DNA of 64,000 bases from Epiperipatus broadwayi (lineage: Eukaryota; Animalia; Onychophora). Below, one piece after another: positions 26,666 through 39,802 of this stretch. The stretch lies in contig JAQFVV010000005.1 in NCBI GenBank assembly GCA_028023455.1, positions 8,308,001-8,372,000 of the forward strand, written 5' to 3'. The position numbers and the translations under genes are program-made. Position 1 is the first letter of the stretch; the number at the start of each line of letters is the position of its first letter. The notes under the pieces are model-generated. The model saw only the letters and a program-made list of their open reading frames with translations. It made no database searches and had not been told where the DNA came from.

Positions 26666-27989
26666 TTGATATAAATAGAGAGTATTGATAAAGTGTTTAA
26701 GAAAGATGTAAATGATATGATAATTTATATCACATATGGATTGGTATCTGAATCAAGGCTGAGAATCATAAGTGGTGTAATCAGGGTGAGTAATGAACCA
26801 TTTTTGATTTCCAATTTGAAAATAATATTGTTATATGTGCAGCAATCCTGGATCCATAGCCATAAAAAATAGCAAAAACAATATATGTGGATAAAATGTA
26901 TTTGAAAATCTTCTAATATAAAAAATCAATTCTTGATTATAAATTATAAAAAAAAGTAAGTATCAAAAAGTAGAATTGGAAGTCAAACATTTTTCTTGAT
27001 AATATGTACAGAAATGAACATGTTAAGAAAATGTGCTGAATTAAGACTATAAATCACTTTCACATGTATACACACAAATTAAATTTATTTTCTGCTTTCT
27101 AGAAATTATGATCACACTCACATTTCAAACACATATTTACAAATATTAGAAAAAGAGGAAGGATATGCTATTAGCTATCACCCAGATTTCATAAGTTAGA
27201 GCATGTCTCATATTGTTCCCCAAATGCCAATATGTTGTTTTCCTTCTGTGGTAACAATTTTTAATACTTTGTGATAAAAGATTCAAACTACCATAGAAAA
27301 CAAATTAGCAACAAGTAAGAAAAATCTAAAACAATGACTGCAGGTACAGGAAATATTTTAATTTATTTTATATATGTATATAATAAATAAAAAATTGAAA
27401 CTGTTTCACACACTATTAAAAATTTTTGTGGCATGGGTTATCAGATTCTTCAAAGAAAAGTAACCATGCTTATAATAACGATTCAAATCCTGACTAAATC
27501 AAATGTGACAAAGAGTCTTAGATTTTTCCATCATGTAGTATGCCTAAAGCCAATCCAGATTAACCATCTGATTGATTAGCTTAGTAAATGAATATCTAGC
27601 TATTCTTAATCAAATGATATAAAAGCCACTTGGCAAGCCTGATAAGTAATACTTTCTTCACAGTTCTTGTTGGAATCCTTGTTGTCCTCTCTATGGTAAC
27701 AAGATGAATTCCAATATTTTGATTTGTGGTCGAGAATATCAGCAGCAGAATGGACAAATAAAAATTTCTTAAAAAAACATAGATTTGGCTTAGATTCTTG
27801 ATATAACTTGAGTTATCATTTTACTTACATATAAACATATACAAGCCTTCGTTTATAGACAAAACATAATCTGCAAAATTTGTAAATTATAAACAAAAAT
27901 ACAGGGATCTTATTCAACAAAATGGTTATACCACAATCTATAAATAACCTGACTAACAGATGTTGAAAATATCTAGTTGAAAAAGCAAA

Positions 27990-28119
27990 TATAGATCCAG
28001 GATATTGTCATATTTTGAAGAACTATTTATAAAAATGCAACAGCAACAATTAGATATAATGATACTAGGAAAGTTAACATTGAGAAGGATGTAAGACAGG
28101 GTGACTCCATATCTCCAAA
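27990..28119 (+). mobile_element. 5' part of a truncated RTE copy (matches 17672-17804)
   Basis: tatagatccaggatattgtcatatttt...gtaagacagggtgactccatatctccaaa is near-identical to the intact RTE. Confidence 0.92.
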
Positions 28120-29100
28120 CAGGCAAAACTGACTATACATATTGCCACCCACCACAAAATAGAGTAATCAATGGATCCCAGAAGGCTTGTGCATAAAATC
28201 TCCATCTACTGCCTACTTATCAAATATGTGGCCTTCATCAGTGAGAAGTTTTGGATCTGAGAGCACTGCACCTATATCTTAGGATCTAATGCAATCCTCT
28301 AGCAGCCACCTTTTATCTCCGCTTAACTACAAAACTATGAGTCAAATTAAAAAAACAATATTTTCAATCCAAGCTTGTCAGCTTATATAGCATATAGGTC
28401 TGAACTCAGTTCAGCACCTATACATTTTGGTATCTTTGGTTCTTTAATAACCATAGCCACCACTATCCTATTAGGCAGGATTGGTTTTAAGCCAATAAAC
28501 ATCACATGATCACCACTTTACTTCTTATGCTTGCTTATAAGATCTAGGTGCAGTGCTCTTAGATCCAAGGCTCCTCACTGATGAAGGCCACAAGCCAGAA
28601 ACTAGTCTGGGCATATTGGATGAGTAGGCACTAGATGGGGATTTTATGCACAAGCCTTCTGGCATCCATTGATTACTCTATCTTGCTGTGTGTGGCAATA
28701 CGTATAGTGGGTTTTGACTGTTTTAATAACAGTTATAAGCAAGCATAGGAAGTAGTGATCATGTGATATTTATTGGCTTAAATCCAATCCTGCCTAAAAG
28801 GATAGTGGTGGCTATGGTTATTAAAGAACCAAAAACACCAAAATGTATAGATACTGAACTGAGTTCAGACCTATATGACTATATAAGCTGATGAGCTTGG
28901 ATTGAAAATATTAAGTTGTTTTCAATTTAAGACTCATAGTTTTGTAGTTAAGTGGAGATAAATGGTGGCTGCTAGAGAGTTGCCTTAGATCCTAAGATCT
29001 ATGTGCAGTGTTCTCAGATACAAGGCTCCTCACTGACACTAGATGGGGATTTTATGCACAAGCCTTCTGGCATCCATTGATTACTCTAGCTTGCATGTGT
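28118..29100. mobile_element. Family A 455-bp monomer: inverted copy plus 1.2 tandem copies
   Basis: Minus monomer 28118-28540 is head-to-head with + copies 28538-29100. The unit restarts at gtgcagtg 28548 and 29003 (period 455). Confidence 0.9.
28565..28619 (+). ncRNA. Type I hammerhead ribozyme, family A
   Basis: CTGATGA 28578-28584; GGC-CACAA-GCC; GAAAC 28598-28602; palindromic ACTAGT stem III; GTC 28605-28607. Stem I CTCA/TGGG plus CCAA/TTGG. Confidence 0.8.
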
Positions 29101-31192
29101 CAATACATTGTAGGGGTAGTCAAGATGGCACCCACAACCAACCTTTAGCCACCAGAAATCGTGGCTTGTTTTTTTAATTAGCATGTAAAGATCAAATTAA
29201 TGATAAGTTTTGCTAGAACACTTTTAGAGAATATAAATGTTTTTTATATTTTTAACAGTGTACTAATTACATATTAAGTACTGGGAATGATGGGTAATTT
29301 ACTGTAAAAAAACACACATATATATATTAGTAATAAAATTTTATTGTTTAAGAAAATATAAGCCTTGATAAAAATAGTACAAATTTATATATATGTTGAT
29401 ATTTGTATTGTGTTGATTATATTAAATATAGACAATGACTTAAATGATGACAAGAAAATAGTTATAGCAATAATAAAAAAAATCAAGTATTCTACTAACT
29501 GAATCTATTTTTAAAAATACAACAATGGGAAGCTAGATTTAAACAATGGGAATAACACCAGTATAAAAGGGAAAACAATTAAAATTCATTCTTTTTTCTT
29601 ATTCTGCATTTTCACATGAAAAGTCAAGTTTTATTGAAGCAATTATTTTAATATCTTTCTGCAAGATGGACTTTTTTTTTAAAGCAGCGTCTCAACAAAT
29701 ATTAATGTTTTTCTAATTATTTGCCATTTGGAAAAAAGAGTACAGAAAGTGAATGGAATATTCTTATTCTAGTTCAATAATCAGATAAGTTAAAATAATT
29801 TATTAATTTAAATTTAAAAAAAGTATTATGATTTTTTTAAAAAGCAACTAAAAAAGAAATTAGAACGGTTTGTTCAGTTTAAAGTTTATATAACCAATAT
29901 TACAAACAGTGGATACCTGTATTCTATCTGTAAATATAATTTTATTAAATGCAAACCGCATATATATTTATATAGACCAATATGAGATACATTGGCTAGA
30001 ACGATCGTCTTTGGGTGGAGCTTTTTTTTATCCACTATGGCCATGTGAAAATATTTAACTGTCTACAATTTAAGTGCCTGACAAGCTGGATCCATACAAG
30101 AGGGAAATCTACGTAACACAAAACTACCCACTGCCAACTTAAATAAGTTCAGAATGTGCTATTTTGAATCAGTTTTCAGCATCTATAATGGAAAAGGAAT
30201 ACATGAATTGTGGGAATTGTTTATGAGGGAAGGACTCTGAAAGATAGTGATGCCTGATCATGTTGATTCATAAAATATTGTAAAATTGTTTTATTTTTTT
30301 TTTGTATAGATTTTTATTATCTTATATTTGGGAAGTACTAAAGATAATTCAATATGGAACAGTCCAGCATAAGATAGTATCAAGAGAGTAGGGGGGAGAA
30401 GGTTGAAAAGTCTTTTTTCTTTTTGTTTTTAATAAAATCTAGGTGATTTATTTTCTACCAAAATACTTGATTCTCAGCTATGAATATGAACTTGAGTGCT
30501 CAAATAGAATATTTAAAGATAAGAGTTTTTCTCTTTTAAAGTCACTAAAATAACCAATGCCACAACATGACATGACTATTTATATTATATGTGTTACTAA
30601 TAGTATTCTTAAGATCTTTATAATGAATGAATGATTAATGCTTTTAAATTAATATTCTTTATAATTTTCTGTTCTATCATATCATGTGTTGTTTTATTAT
30701 ATTTTTCCACACTTAAAACTGCATCTGGAGTAGCATTTAAATTTTCATAAAGTTAGCAAGCTCACTTTTAATTAATAACTTTTTCATTACTTTGGATATA
30801 TAGATGTCTATATTATAGGTGTCTATCATGGGAAATAAGGGTAAATAGTTTTAAATTGTTTAATTAATAAAATGATAGATACTCATCATAGACATAAAAA
30901 CTACAAGTACAGAGGGATATATCCAAACAGCTTATTTGCACTTGTAAATATTTTTTGTGAATTTTCTTTTCTACAGTAATTGATCATTTGTTTTATGTTT
31001 TGGATATATATATATATTTGTAAATAAATATTATGAAGTTTTGTTAATTGACAGATCTCTGTGGTTTTGTTGATCCAGCATTTACATTCAATCCTATAAC
31101 CATTATTTTACACATGCACACACACATTATTGTTTGATGAGCATGAGAAAACATTGTTAAATAAAGATTATTTCTTTCTAATAGATAGGATG

Positions 31193-31669
31193 TGTTATTT
31201 TAGTTGTTGATTAAGTTTTCATAGGTTCATCCCTGTGAAGAGAGTCGAACGTGAATTCTTCCCGAGTTCAAATATCTGAGGCAATGGTTCTGAAAAAGTG
31301 GTGAGATGTTAGATGAACTGATTTAAGTTACATGTAGATTTGATAGATAATGCTTAGACTGGTCTATTAAAGATAGATGTAATCATGAGTCAGGTACTTC
31401 GTATTATCTCTAGCATCCTACATGAAGACCCTAGGTCCGACAGTAGTTAGATGTGATCTTGCTCTTTTTCTCCTATATACGTGGATGGACCGGACTGTTA
31501 CATTTGGAACTATCAACTTTAGGATATGAAAGATAGGTGTACCAGCACTTTTAGATTTGATGTAAGATGATTATACTTTGTGGTCAAACTAGCTGATTGT
31601 TGAAGTTGATCTGTGTGTTCAAATGTATTTTCAGACCGGAACATCTGGGTAAATCCACCAACCGTTACA
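31193..31669 (-). mobile_element. Possible solo LTR (~477 bp)
   Basis: TG...CA termini (minus: TGTAAC...TAACA), higher GC than the flanks, internal TATATA. No TSD could be recovered. Confidence 0.35.
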
Positions 31670-31750
31670 ACATATAGTGAGTTTTGCCTGTTTTAATAAG
31701 TTATAAGCAAGCATAAGACGTGGTGATCATGTGATGTTTATTCGCTTAAA
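31670..31750 (+). mobile_element. Family A fragment
   Basis: tatagtgagttttgcctgttttaataagttataagcaagcataag..gtgatcatgtgatgtttatt.gcttaaa matches ~28700-28780. Confidence 0.85.
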
Positions 31751-32512
31751 AAGTATTTTGTGGATTAAAATGGGACTAAAGGAGTGAAAGTAAAATGGAG
31801 ATTATTTAAATCATTTAGATTTTGCACATGATGTAGTTGTTTTTGCAAATAATGCTTTAGAGATGCAGGAAATGTTGCAGGAGTTATCAGATGAAAGCAG
31901 GACTAAAGATAAATAAAGACTAAAGTAATTTTCAATGGATTTTTCTCCAAATATGAAAATAAAGATTGATTATGATGAGTTAGAAAAAGTTAACAGCTAC
32001 AAATACCTTGGTCAGATTATTAATACAGATGGAAACATAATGAATGAAATTAATCATACCAGGAAACATGCCTATGTATTTGAAAAGGAAGGTTTTTAAT
32101 GGGTTTTCCCAGTGCTTTCTTATGAATCTGAGACTTGGATACTTAATAGAAGAGCAATACAGACTTCAGACCACTCACAGTATGGAGAGATGCATGTTAG
32201 AAGTAACAAGAAGAGACTGAAAATGTAATATATGGGTAAGAGAACAAACAGATGTTACTGATCTCATTGAAAAAATTTAAAAGACTCAAGTTGGGCTGGA
32301 CATATTGCTAGAAGAGAATAGATGGACAATTGAAATCTTAAACTGGATTCCAAGAGATTGTAAAAGACCCAGAAAGAGATGACATATGAGATGGATGGAT
32401 GAAATAAGAAAGTGTGCAGGGGTGATGTGGAGAAGAGAAGCTAACAATCGGAGATGGATTGAACTTGGAGAGACCTTCATCCTGCAGTGGATTGATAATG
32501 GTTGATGATGAT
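31751..32512 (+). mobile_element. 3' part of the truncated RTE copy (matches 17826-18670), with GAT tail
   Basis: High identity to the intact RTE, with internal deletions; ends ggttgatgatgat. Confidence 0.95.
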
Positions 32513-33089
32513 TTATCTCTAATATTGGAGAGGAAACTCCGTGGTCTTATATGAATGAATACCAAAAAAAAAAAAAACATTTTTTTGCCTGAAGGCTTTC
32601 TACATAATAATTTATACTGGGGTGGCCTCTATTCGGTTTCCCTAAATCCACTTCAATACATAAAAATGCAAACTGTTCCCCAAAGAAAAAAACATTCTTG
32701 ATGCTATCCAACAATTAGCATCTGGGATCAAAACTAGAAAGAGAAATGGGAATTGCTTTATTCACTTTTCTATTTATACTAGAATGAGATAATTAAAATA
32801 TTTTACACAATTTTTATCCAGAGTGACCAGTGAGTATTGTTCTTAATACTTCAAGAGCAATTAGATGGTTCATATAAAACTTCCAGATAGTAATAAATTT
32901 ATCATCTGGAAATTTTCAGATGATTTAAAATGTATTTAGTTGTAAAATTTAATTTCACATCAGCAGTTTTACAAATTCTACTTTAATTTGCACATGTATA
33001 ACATATATATTTTAATTTTTATTGTTACCACATATTCATATTTAAAGAATAATCATATAATTTTTTTTTATAATGTACATACTGTTGTT

Positions 33090-33123
<34 letters not shown>

Positions 33124-36100
33124 TGAGATACTTACCTCAATATTAATTTATATGCTGGTGTTTAGTGTTGGCTAAATAAACTTAAAATTGATTTTTTTGA
33201 TGAATGCAGCACTATGTATATACACACATGCACTAATAGAAAAAATGGTTTAATATTTGCTTAGTTATTTAAATGCAACTATTTCTTTCATAAAGGTGAA
33301 TTTTGTAGCCAAATTTATTATCTTTTGTAATATATATATATATATTTATAAAATTCAGAAACATTTAATCTTTTAAATATTTTTAATCAAGTTTAATCAG
33401 TTTATTATTAATTAAAATCTTAACAAAATATAGTTTTCTTTCATTATTAAGTATTGTTATCTGGAAAATTTTAAATTTAATTATTAATTTGGAATTTTCT
33501 TCATTGAAAATTTGCTGGTTTATCTGGTTCAAAAATTTTAATCACTGATTTGCTGATTAGGGAGATTCCTTAAATTCCTGAGTAGGCATGAGCTGTAAAT
33601 TTATAAAAGACCAACTAAAAATTATTTAATTATTCTGCTTAATTCTAATTTTTCTACTAATTCTGCTGACTACTGATCCTGCTTGTATTTTGTTCCTGTC
33701 ATATTTAATTGTACCCATCAATGAACTCAAAACTTGCATCACTTACTGTATCTGAAGCTATGTGCTGCTAAGGCACTGGAAGATGAGTTCCACTCTCCAG
33801 CATGAACATATCACTAAGCAGCACGTGCTAATTTTACCTAACAAAACCAACTGCTGACATCTTAGAGACTATATCCATGCACTTTTCATCACCCTAAAAA
33901 CAGATTACAGAAGTAATATTTATGTGCCAAGCATACATATGCATTTATATACTAGTAATACAAAGTAATAGCCTAATACTCACTTCATTATGGATTTAAA
34001 GTAGAACCTTTAAAGGAACTGTTTTTTGATGTGCCAGTAAGCCAGTGATGTATAAGGATGTAATTTTTATTGATTCATAATTTTATATTTATTAAGATAT
34101 AATTTTAATATTGCAGTTTTATTATTTTCTTATATCATAATTGTTTTGATTAAAACCCTTTAATTTTTAAATTTTGACAATTGTTTAATAAACCTGCATG
34201 TTTCTAGAATTATTATATTCTTTTCTCTTATAAAGTTAATAGAAAGTTATTTAAGAGAATCTTAGAACAATATTCCTCCCTCCACTTTAATAATTGTGAG
34301 ACAATCTACATTTTCTTTAACAAGAATTTTTGTGAATTTATAAAAAAAAATATTTAGAGTTGACAACTTTTTTTAATGTTTTTAATCATTTCTTTTTTGT
34401 ACTTGATGTATATGGATATGTGTATAATAATTTTTATATAAGCATAAAATAACTTAAATTATTGGCATTTTTTGTTGTTGTTGTTCATATCATGAGTGGC
34501 TGGAAACTAAAAGGAAGTTTTTGGTAGTGTGCAAGCATACATATAAAATGATGTCTTATATATATACAATGCAGAGGTTTGATATTTGGCTTTATTTCTA
34601 TGCTGTAGAGGTGGATTTCCAAATTTAGCATTGGGTTCAGTGATTTACTGTACATGCTCATTGATAAATTTTTGTTCTAACCCATGTTTATTGACTGCTT
34701 GAAATTTGCAGCCTTTCTTAATGTTTGGCTTGGGTAAATGCTTCTTCCCAGCTCTTTTATATTTCACTTTTAACACAATTACATAGACCTTTATTACTGT
34801 GCATTATATCTTTTCTTGTGGCTGGGATCTTGCAGTGCAGATTAACTTTGTTAGTAAATTAGCATATGTGAGCATGTCTAGTAATAAGCTCTGCTAATAT
34901 TTGATTATATATTGTTATAGCAAAGATATGTGCACATCTGAAATTGTTAAATACACGTAATTCCATTATACTGGTATTCAATTATTTTAATGAAAAATAA
35001 GAAGGAAAAGATAATAGTCAATCATCTGTCAAATGTGTTGCCTACTTATTTAAAAAGGGTTTGTAATCAATTTTACTGTGTGAGCTAACCCTAGTTTAAA
35101 CATAGTTTTTTTTTGTTAATAAATATTGTTAATTTGTTTGGTGTTGATTCATTGTTATCTGCTCTGCTAATTGTTTATTTTACTAATAATCTGTATTCTC
35201 CATGATCTAGCAGCAATAATAAATCTATACATAAGGGTACAGCTGTGAAAGGCACCTAAGTGGCTATCCTCATCAGAAAATTATAAGTATTCTAGATGTC
35301 TACTGGCACCCTCAAATGGAGGATAGTAGATGGAGGATTTCCAGTATAATATAAATCTATCAACATTCAATATATATACATACTTTTGCTCTGGAAAAAT
35401 ATATGGCAATCTCTCCCTTCTACTTGGAAAAAAAATATTTCACATAGTCCATATTCTGGAGTTTGCATTTTCTTTTGCTTCTTAAAGCACATCTCTTGAA
35501 AATGTCATGCACTAGGATGGTGATTTCATTTGCTTCCACTGCTTCATTTGGACTGTTTTATTTAACATTACGTGCTCCATTAATTCCTTTTTACCAATTT
35601 CTTAGTCCTTTTCTACTAGAATCATCTGCTATATTAATATTAACTCAATCATTTGGTTTTTACAATAGTGATTTATATTGTAGTCTTTCTATTTTGGTTG
35701 TAAGTAATGATCAATTTTAATTTAAAAAAAAAATTAATTTTATATGGTTAATAAAAACCTATTATTTAATTTATAGAAGTTAAAATATACTGCTTTTTAA
35801 TGTTAAACTTGAGTTACTTTTCTTTAAATCAATATAATCTATTTAATTTATAAATGTGAAATAAAATTATTTATTTTAAAATAAAAGTAAATGATTAAAA
35901 TCATATCAGGTATTTTAAATCAGTAGTTATAATGATTAGTTAATATTTTTATAATTATTACTAATCAAATTAAAGAAATTGCTATTTATTTATTTATTGT
36001 CTTAAAATCATTTAATTCATGATAAAATAAATGAAAAGTGAGGTGTGTGATAGTAGGTATGCATACACATATTCATGTAATAATAAATTCAATTTACTTC

Positions 36101-36439
36101 CTGGTTCTTAATTCATTTTATTACTTGTTTAAATCATAAATGTTATATTTTAATTATAACAGTTTCATTAAATTTCTAAAATCAGGTTATAATAATAATG
36201 TAAATTATAAACTTTATGTATCAAAATTTAAGTTTAAACAAAGAGTATATTATTTAAAAAGATAAATTTAAATTTGGCATTATTAAAATTAAAAAAAATA
36301 TTGGTTTAATATTAGTTATAAAACCATTTTAAAAGTCTAGACAAAGTAATTCATATTCTTTTTTTTTTTTTGTCAAATGACTGGAAATAATTAACCAATT
36401 GGGTATTGTGAAATTTTTATTATATATATATAGAATGAG

Positions 36440-36850
36440 CAGATGACAGAGGAAAAAGAAAATTTTCAGAAGAACAAAATTATTTTTTTTTGTCTTAAAA
36501 ATTTAAGTATAAATTTATTGAAATCTTATTATTTTAACTTTCAAAATAATAATTATAGATTTAAAAACATGACATATATCTTAAGAAATTTACTTATCAA
36601 GTTCATTATAGAAAAAAAGTCAAAATATCCTCGATGGTATATTACAGGAGCTGCATATGGTAAATGAAAGAAAATAAAAACTTCATTCAAGGAGATAAAA
36701 AATGTATTTGCATAAGAAACTTTGCAGATTATTAAACTATGTTACCTAAAGAAAATGCAAAGGAGACATAAGGAATTTGTTTTATTAATTTTCATATGCA
36801 GAATGATAAAGAATACTTTCTACTAAATCTAATCATTAGTAAAGATAATT
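36440..36850 (+). pseudogene. Possible decayed RRM-protein retrocopy (RBM19/Mrd1-like C-terminal RRMs)
   Basis: Across frames: FCLKNLS, LDGILQEL, SFKEIKNVFA...LKKMQRRHK, ICFINF...ND. Resembles RBM19 RRM5/6 from memory only. Confidence 0.2.
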
Positions 36851-38989
36851 ACTTCTACTTAGTAAAACTATTGATATTCCCAGATATAAATTTATTAGTG
36901 ACTTTATTTAGATGATAATAACCACAAAGAAATAAAATATATAGTGTAAACTAATTTTTATTAAAAGTTTAGCTATTAACTTTAATACTGTTTAAGTAAT
37001 GGAATTATTAACGTGAAATATGAATTATTTGGAGAACTCTAGAATATTATAGTTCTACCAGTAAATATTTTTGAAGTTAGAGGAAGGATAACTTTGAAAT
37101 ATATATTTTTATTAAGCAGTAAAATACATATTTATTAAATGTGAAGAAATTTTATCAATGATATAAGAAGAAACCTTTAATATAAGAAATTATTATTATT
37201 ATTGATAATTAACATTTTGATTTTCTTTATGTTTCTATCTACTACGAATAACAGAAAAGAGCATGAAGGGGAAAAAAGAAAGCTCTTTGTTTCAAGTAAT
37301 AGTTGAGTCCTTTGTCATATTTAGTTTAGTTGAAGAAAACTTTTTGGTTTTTATTACTTTAGTTTATGAACTATAGTTTATAAGATAGCATTAAGTACTC
37401 ATAGTTCATATGTTGTCATTTTCAGATTTAAATATTTTAGAATTTTTGTATATATATATATTAAAAAAAGAAAAATTAAATTTTTTCTTTGTTCTTAATT
37501 ATGATTCTGTAGTGTAAAAGTAGTTATATCTAGTAACTAGCATCATCGATAATAATCATAAAATATTATGATTAAGTTAACTTTATTTTTATTAGTAAAA
37601 TATGTTGGTACTGAATTTTTAAAACAAGAAATCAAGTAAAATAAATGTGTAATATTTGCATAAAGGTATATGATACGGGAGTGAATATATTTATTATAAT
37701 CTTAATATGATTATATAAGTGTATGTATAATTGATTTCTATAAATTAAAGGTAATTAACTTATTGTATTTATGATGAATGATATCATAAATTGTTTTTTT
37801 TTTTTACATCTTGGCATGTTCAAAAATATGAAGAGGGTAAAGATAGGTTTGGATATTATTTTAAGAAATGAATATTTATATGCGATGTTAAGGATTTTAT
37901 ACGGAGTGTTTGACGTAAAGTTAATGATGCAGGAAAGTAGTTTTATTGGGAATCTTGTAGTGATAGGGATGTGTTATTTAAAGTTAAGTATGAATATTTG
38001 TGATATATGGATAATAGCATTTTTTGAAAATCTATAAGAGCTTAAAATAGAAGCCACGATAGAAATTAAGGTAGACACAAGAAAATATAATCTTAAGTTA
38101 CATAATCCATTATATTGTTGTTTCTTATAGTTTTATAAGGTATCTATCCCACAATTATAATCATAAAAATCACACTGGTATATACATCATATTAAGGAAT
38201 TGTATATTTAAGCAATGATATTAACTAAACTTTCAAATGATGATAAGATAAATCCATTTAATGCATGAAGAATTGAATATGAAACAAATAAGATGTTAAA
38301 AGAATGTAAAAATAAAGATTTTATGAATGTTTTACCAAATATTAGAGGTCAAAATACAGAATGACTGTCCGAAGTAAAAAAGATATTATAGTGTAAAGAA
38401 AACCGGATGATTCATATTATTGTAAACAATATAATACTGTGCTACACCTTAATGAATATTTAAATAGTTCTATATTATTTTATAAGGAAATAATAAACAT
38501 AGAAAAAGTATAAGTAGAGTTATAACTAGATCATATTATAGGAAGAGTAGAAGAGGTAAAGTAATAATATAAAAGAATATATTTTTGAAATATTTAGAAT
38601 GTGATAATATATAAGTTGTATATTTTATTGATATGTTTTATTATGGAAATATTAAGAAATATCTTAATATTCACAGAAGCAAGTATGGAAGATATTATAT
38701 TCTAATTGTAAATACATTCTAAATGAAATATAAATGACTTATTTTATTATAAATATTTTTTTTTTGTTAGTTAGTTTTTAAGTTTTGTATAATATGTTAA
38801 ATATTTTTTTAAGTAAATATAAGATGCGTAAATTTTGTATTATTACTATAATAAAATGTTAATGTTTTTAAAATTAACAAAGTGTTGAGAGTCTCTTTTC
38901 TTGTTTTCCAAATCATTATTCATCATCCTAACCACACATTTATTGTAATAATTAGATATTTGGTATTATTGCACATAATCTATAGTAAT

Positions 38990-39355
38990 TTAAAATGGGT
39001 TGGCCTCTTTGAGCGGGTTAACCACGCATCTTTTTTTATCGGGTCACATGTTGTTTTCTTTCTTTACTGACGTAAAAAGTATAAGCATGACGTCAACCAA
39101 AATATGGGCATTTGATAGCTCAATGACATGGCTTTCCAAAGATGTCTACCTCAAAAAAATCTGTTGAAATTTGGATTTTTGGCAGCAGTTTTAATTAAGC
39201 AGAGTATTTAATTTTTTTATCAATTTTGTAATTTTCATAAAGCGATAAAGACAAAAAATATTTACCCATCTTTAAACGGACATTTATCGGATGTTATTCA
39301 CAAACAAGGCCTACAATGGAGTTTCAACGTAAAGCACAACATCAGACTCGTAAGT
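38990..39355 (+). promoter_or_regulatory. CpG-enriched candidate promoter / first exon
   Basis: TGACGTAA 39068-39075 and palindromic CRE TGACGTCA 39088-39095. acaATGG at 39316 opens MEFQRKAQHQT, followed by donor GTAAGT at 39350. Confidence 0.3.
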
Positions 39356-39802
39356 ATAAAATTTTAATTTTTTTAATATTTTAATTTTTTTTAAAATTTT
39401 GTTAAAAAACGATAATTTTTATTAATTTTAGTTTGTAGTTAGTGTGTGTTAATATAAATTATATATTTATTTATGCTCATATAGAATTCATATCTACCAT
39501 AATTTTCTAAAGTTCTAATCCACTTACTTTATAAAAATAATGATTTTCAAAAAGTTTAATAATTTATTTATTATTATGTTTATATAATATGTTTGTGTTT
39601 ACAAGTAATGAGTTACAAAACTAATAATCAAATGTATAGAAAGATTGCATATGCAGGCAAATAATCAAATTCTGATTCCTGTTTATGCCTTTATACTCAT
39701 GCTTTGGAGCCACTGGTTTTGCTATATGTTTCATCAAATTATTTTCAAGTCTATAGCTAACAAATGGACTATATGCAAATAAATTATATCTGATACAATA
39801 AA

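Larger units (their letters stand above)
26380..26722. mobile_element. ~340-bp palindromic element with two divergent family-B hammerheads
   Basis: Arms ~26380-26532 and ~26573-26722 are reverse complements, with a ~40-nt spacer. Confidence 0.85.

Noticed and set aside
28885-28915. Second CTGATGA...GAAA in the family A unit
   Set aside because: No stem II or GUH/stem III can form, and the inverted copy reads CTGACAA.
31193-31669. YIGE motif suggesting a GIY-YIG on the minus strand
   Set aside because: No flanking GIY-YIG motifs in any frame; the TG...CA ends fit an LTR better.
33750-33895. Exon-like segment on the minus strand (acceptor, GDEKCMDIV..., donor)
   Set aside because: In-frame stops in all frames, and no consistent neighbouring exons.
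35240-35280. CTGATGA on the minus strand (also + at 4365 and 63858)
   Set aside because: No paired stem followed by GAAA; chance heptamers.
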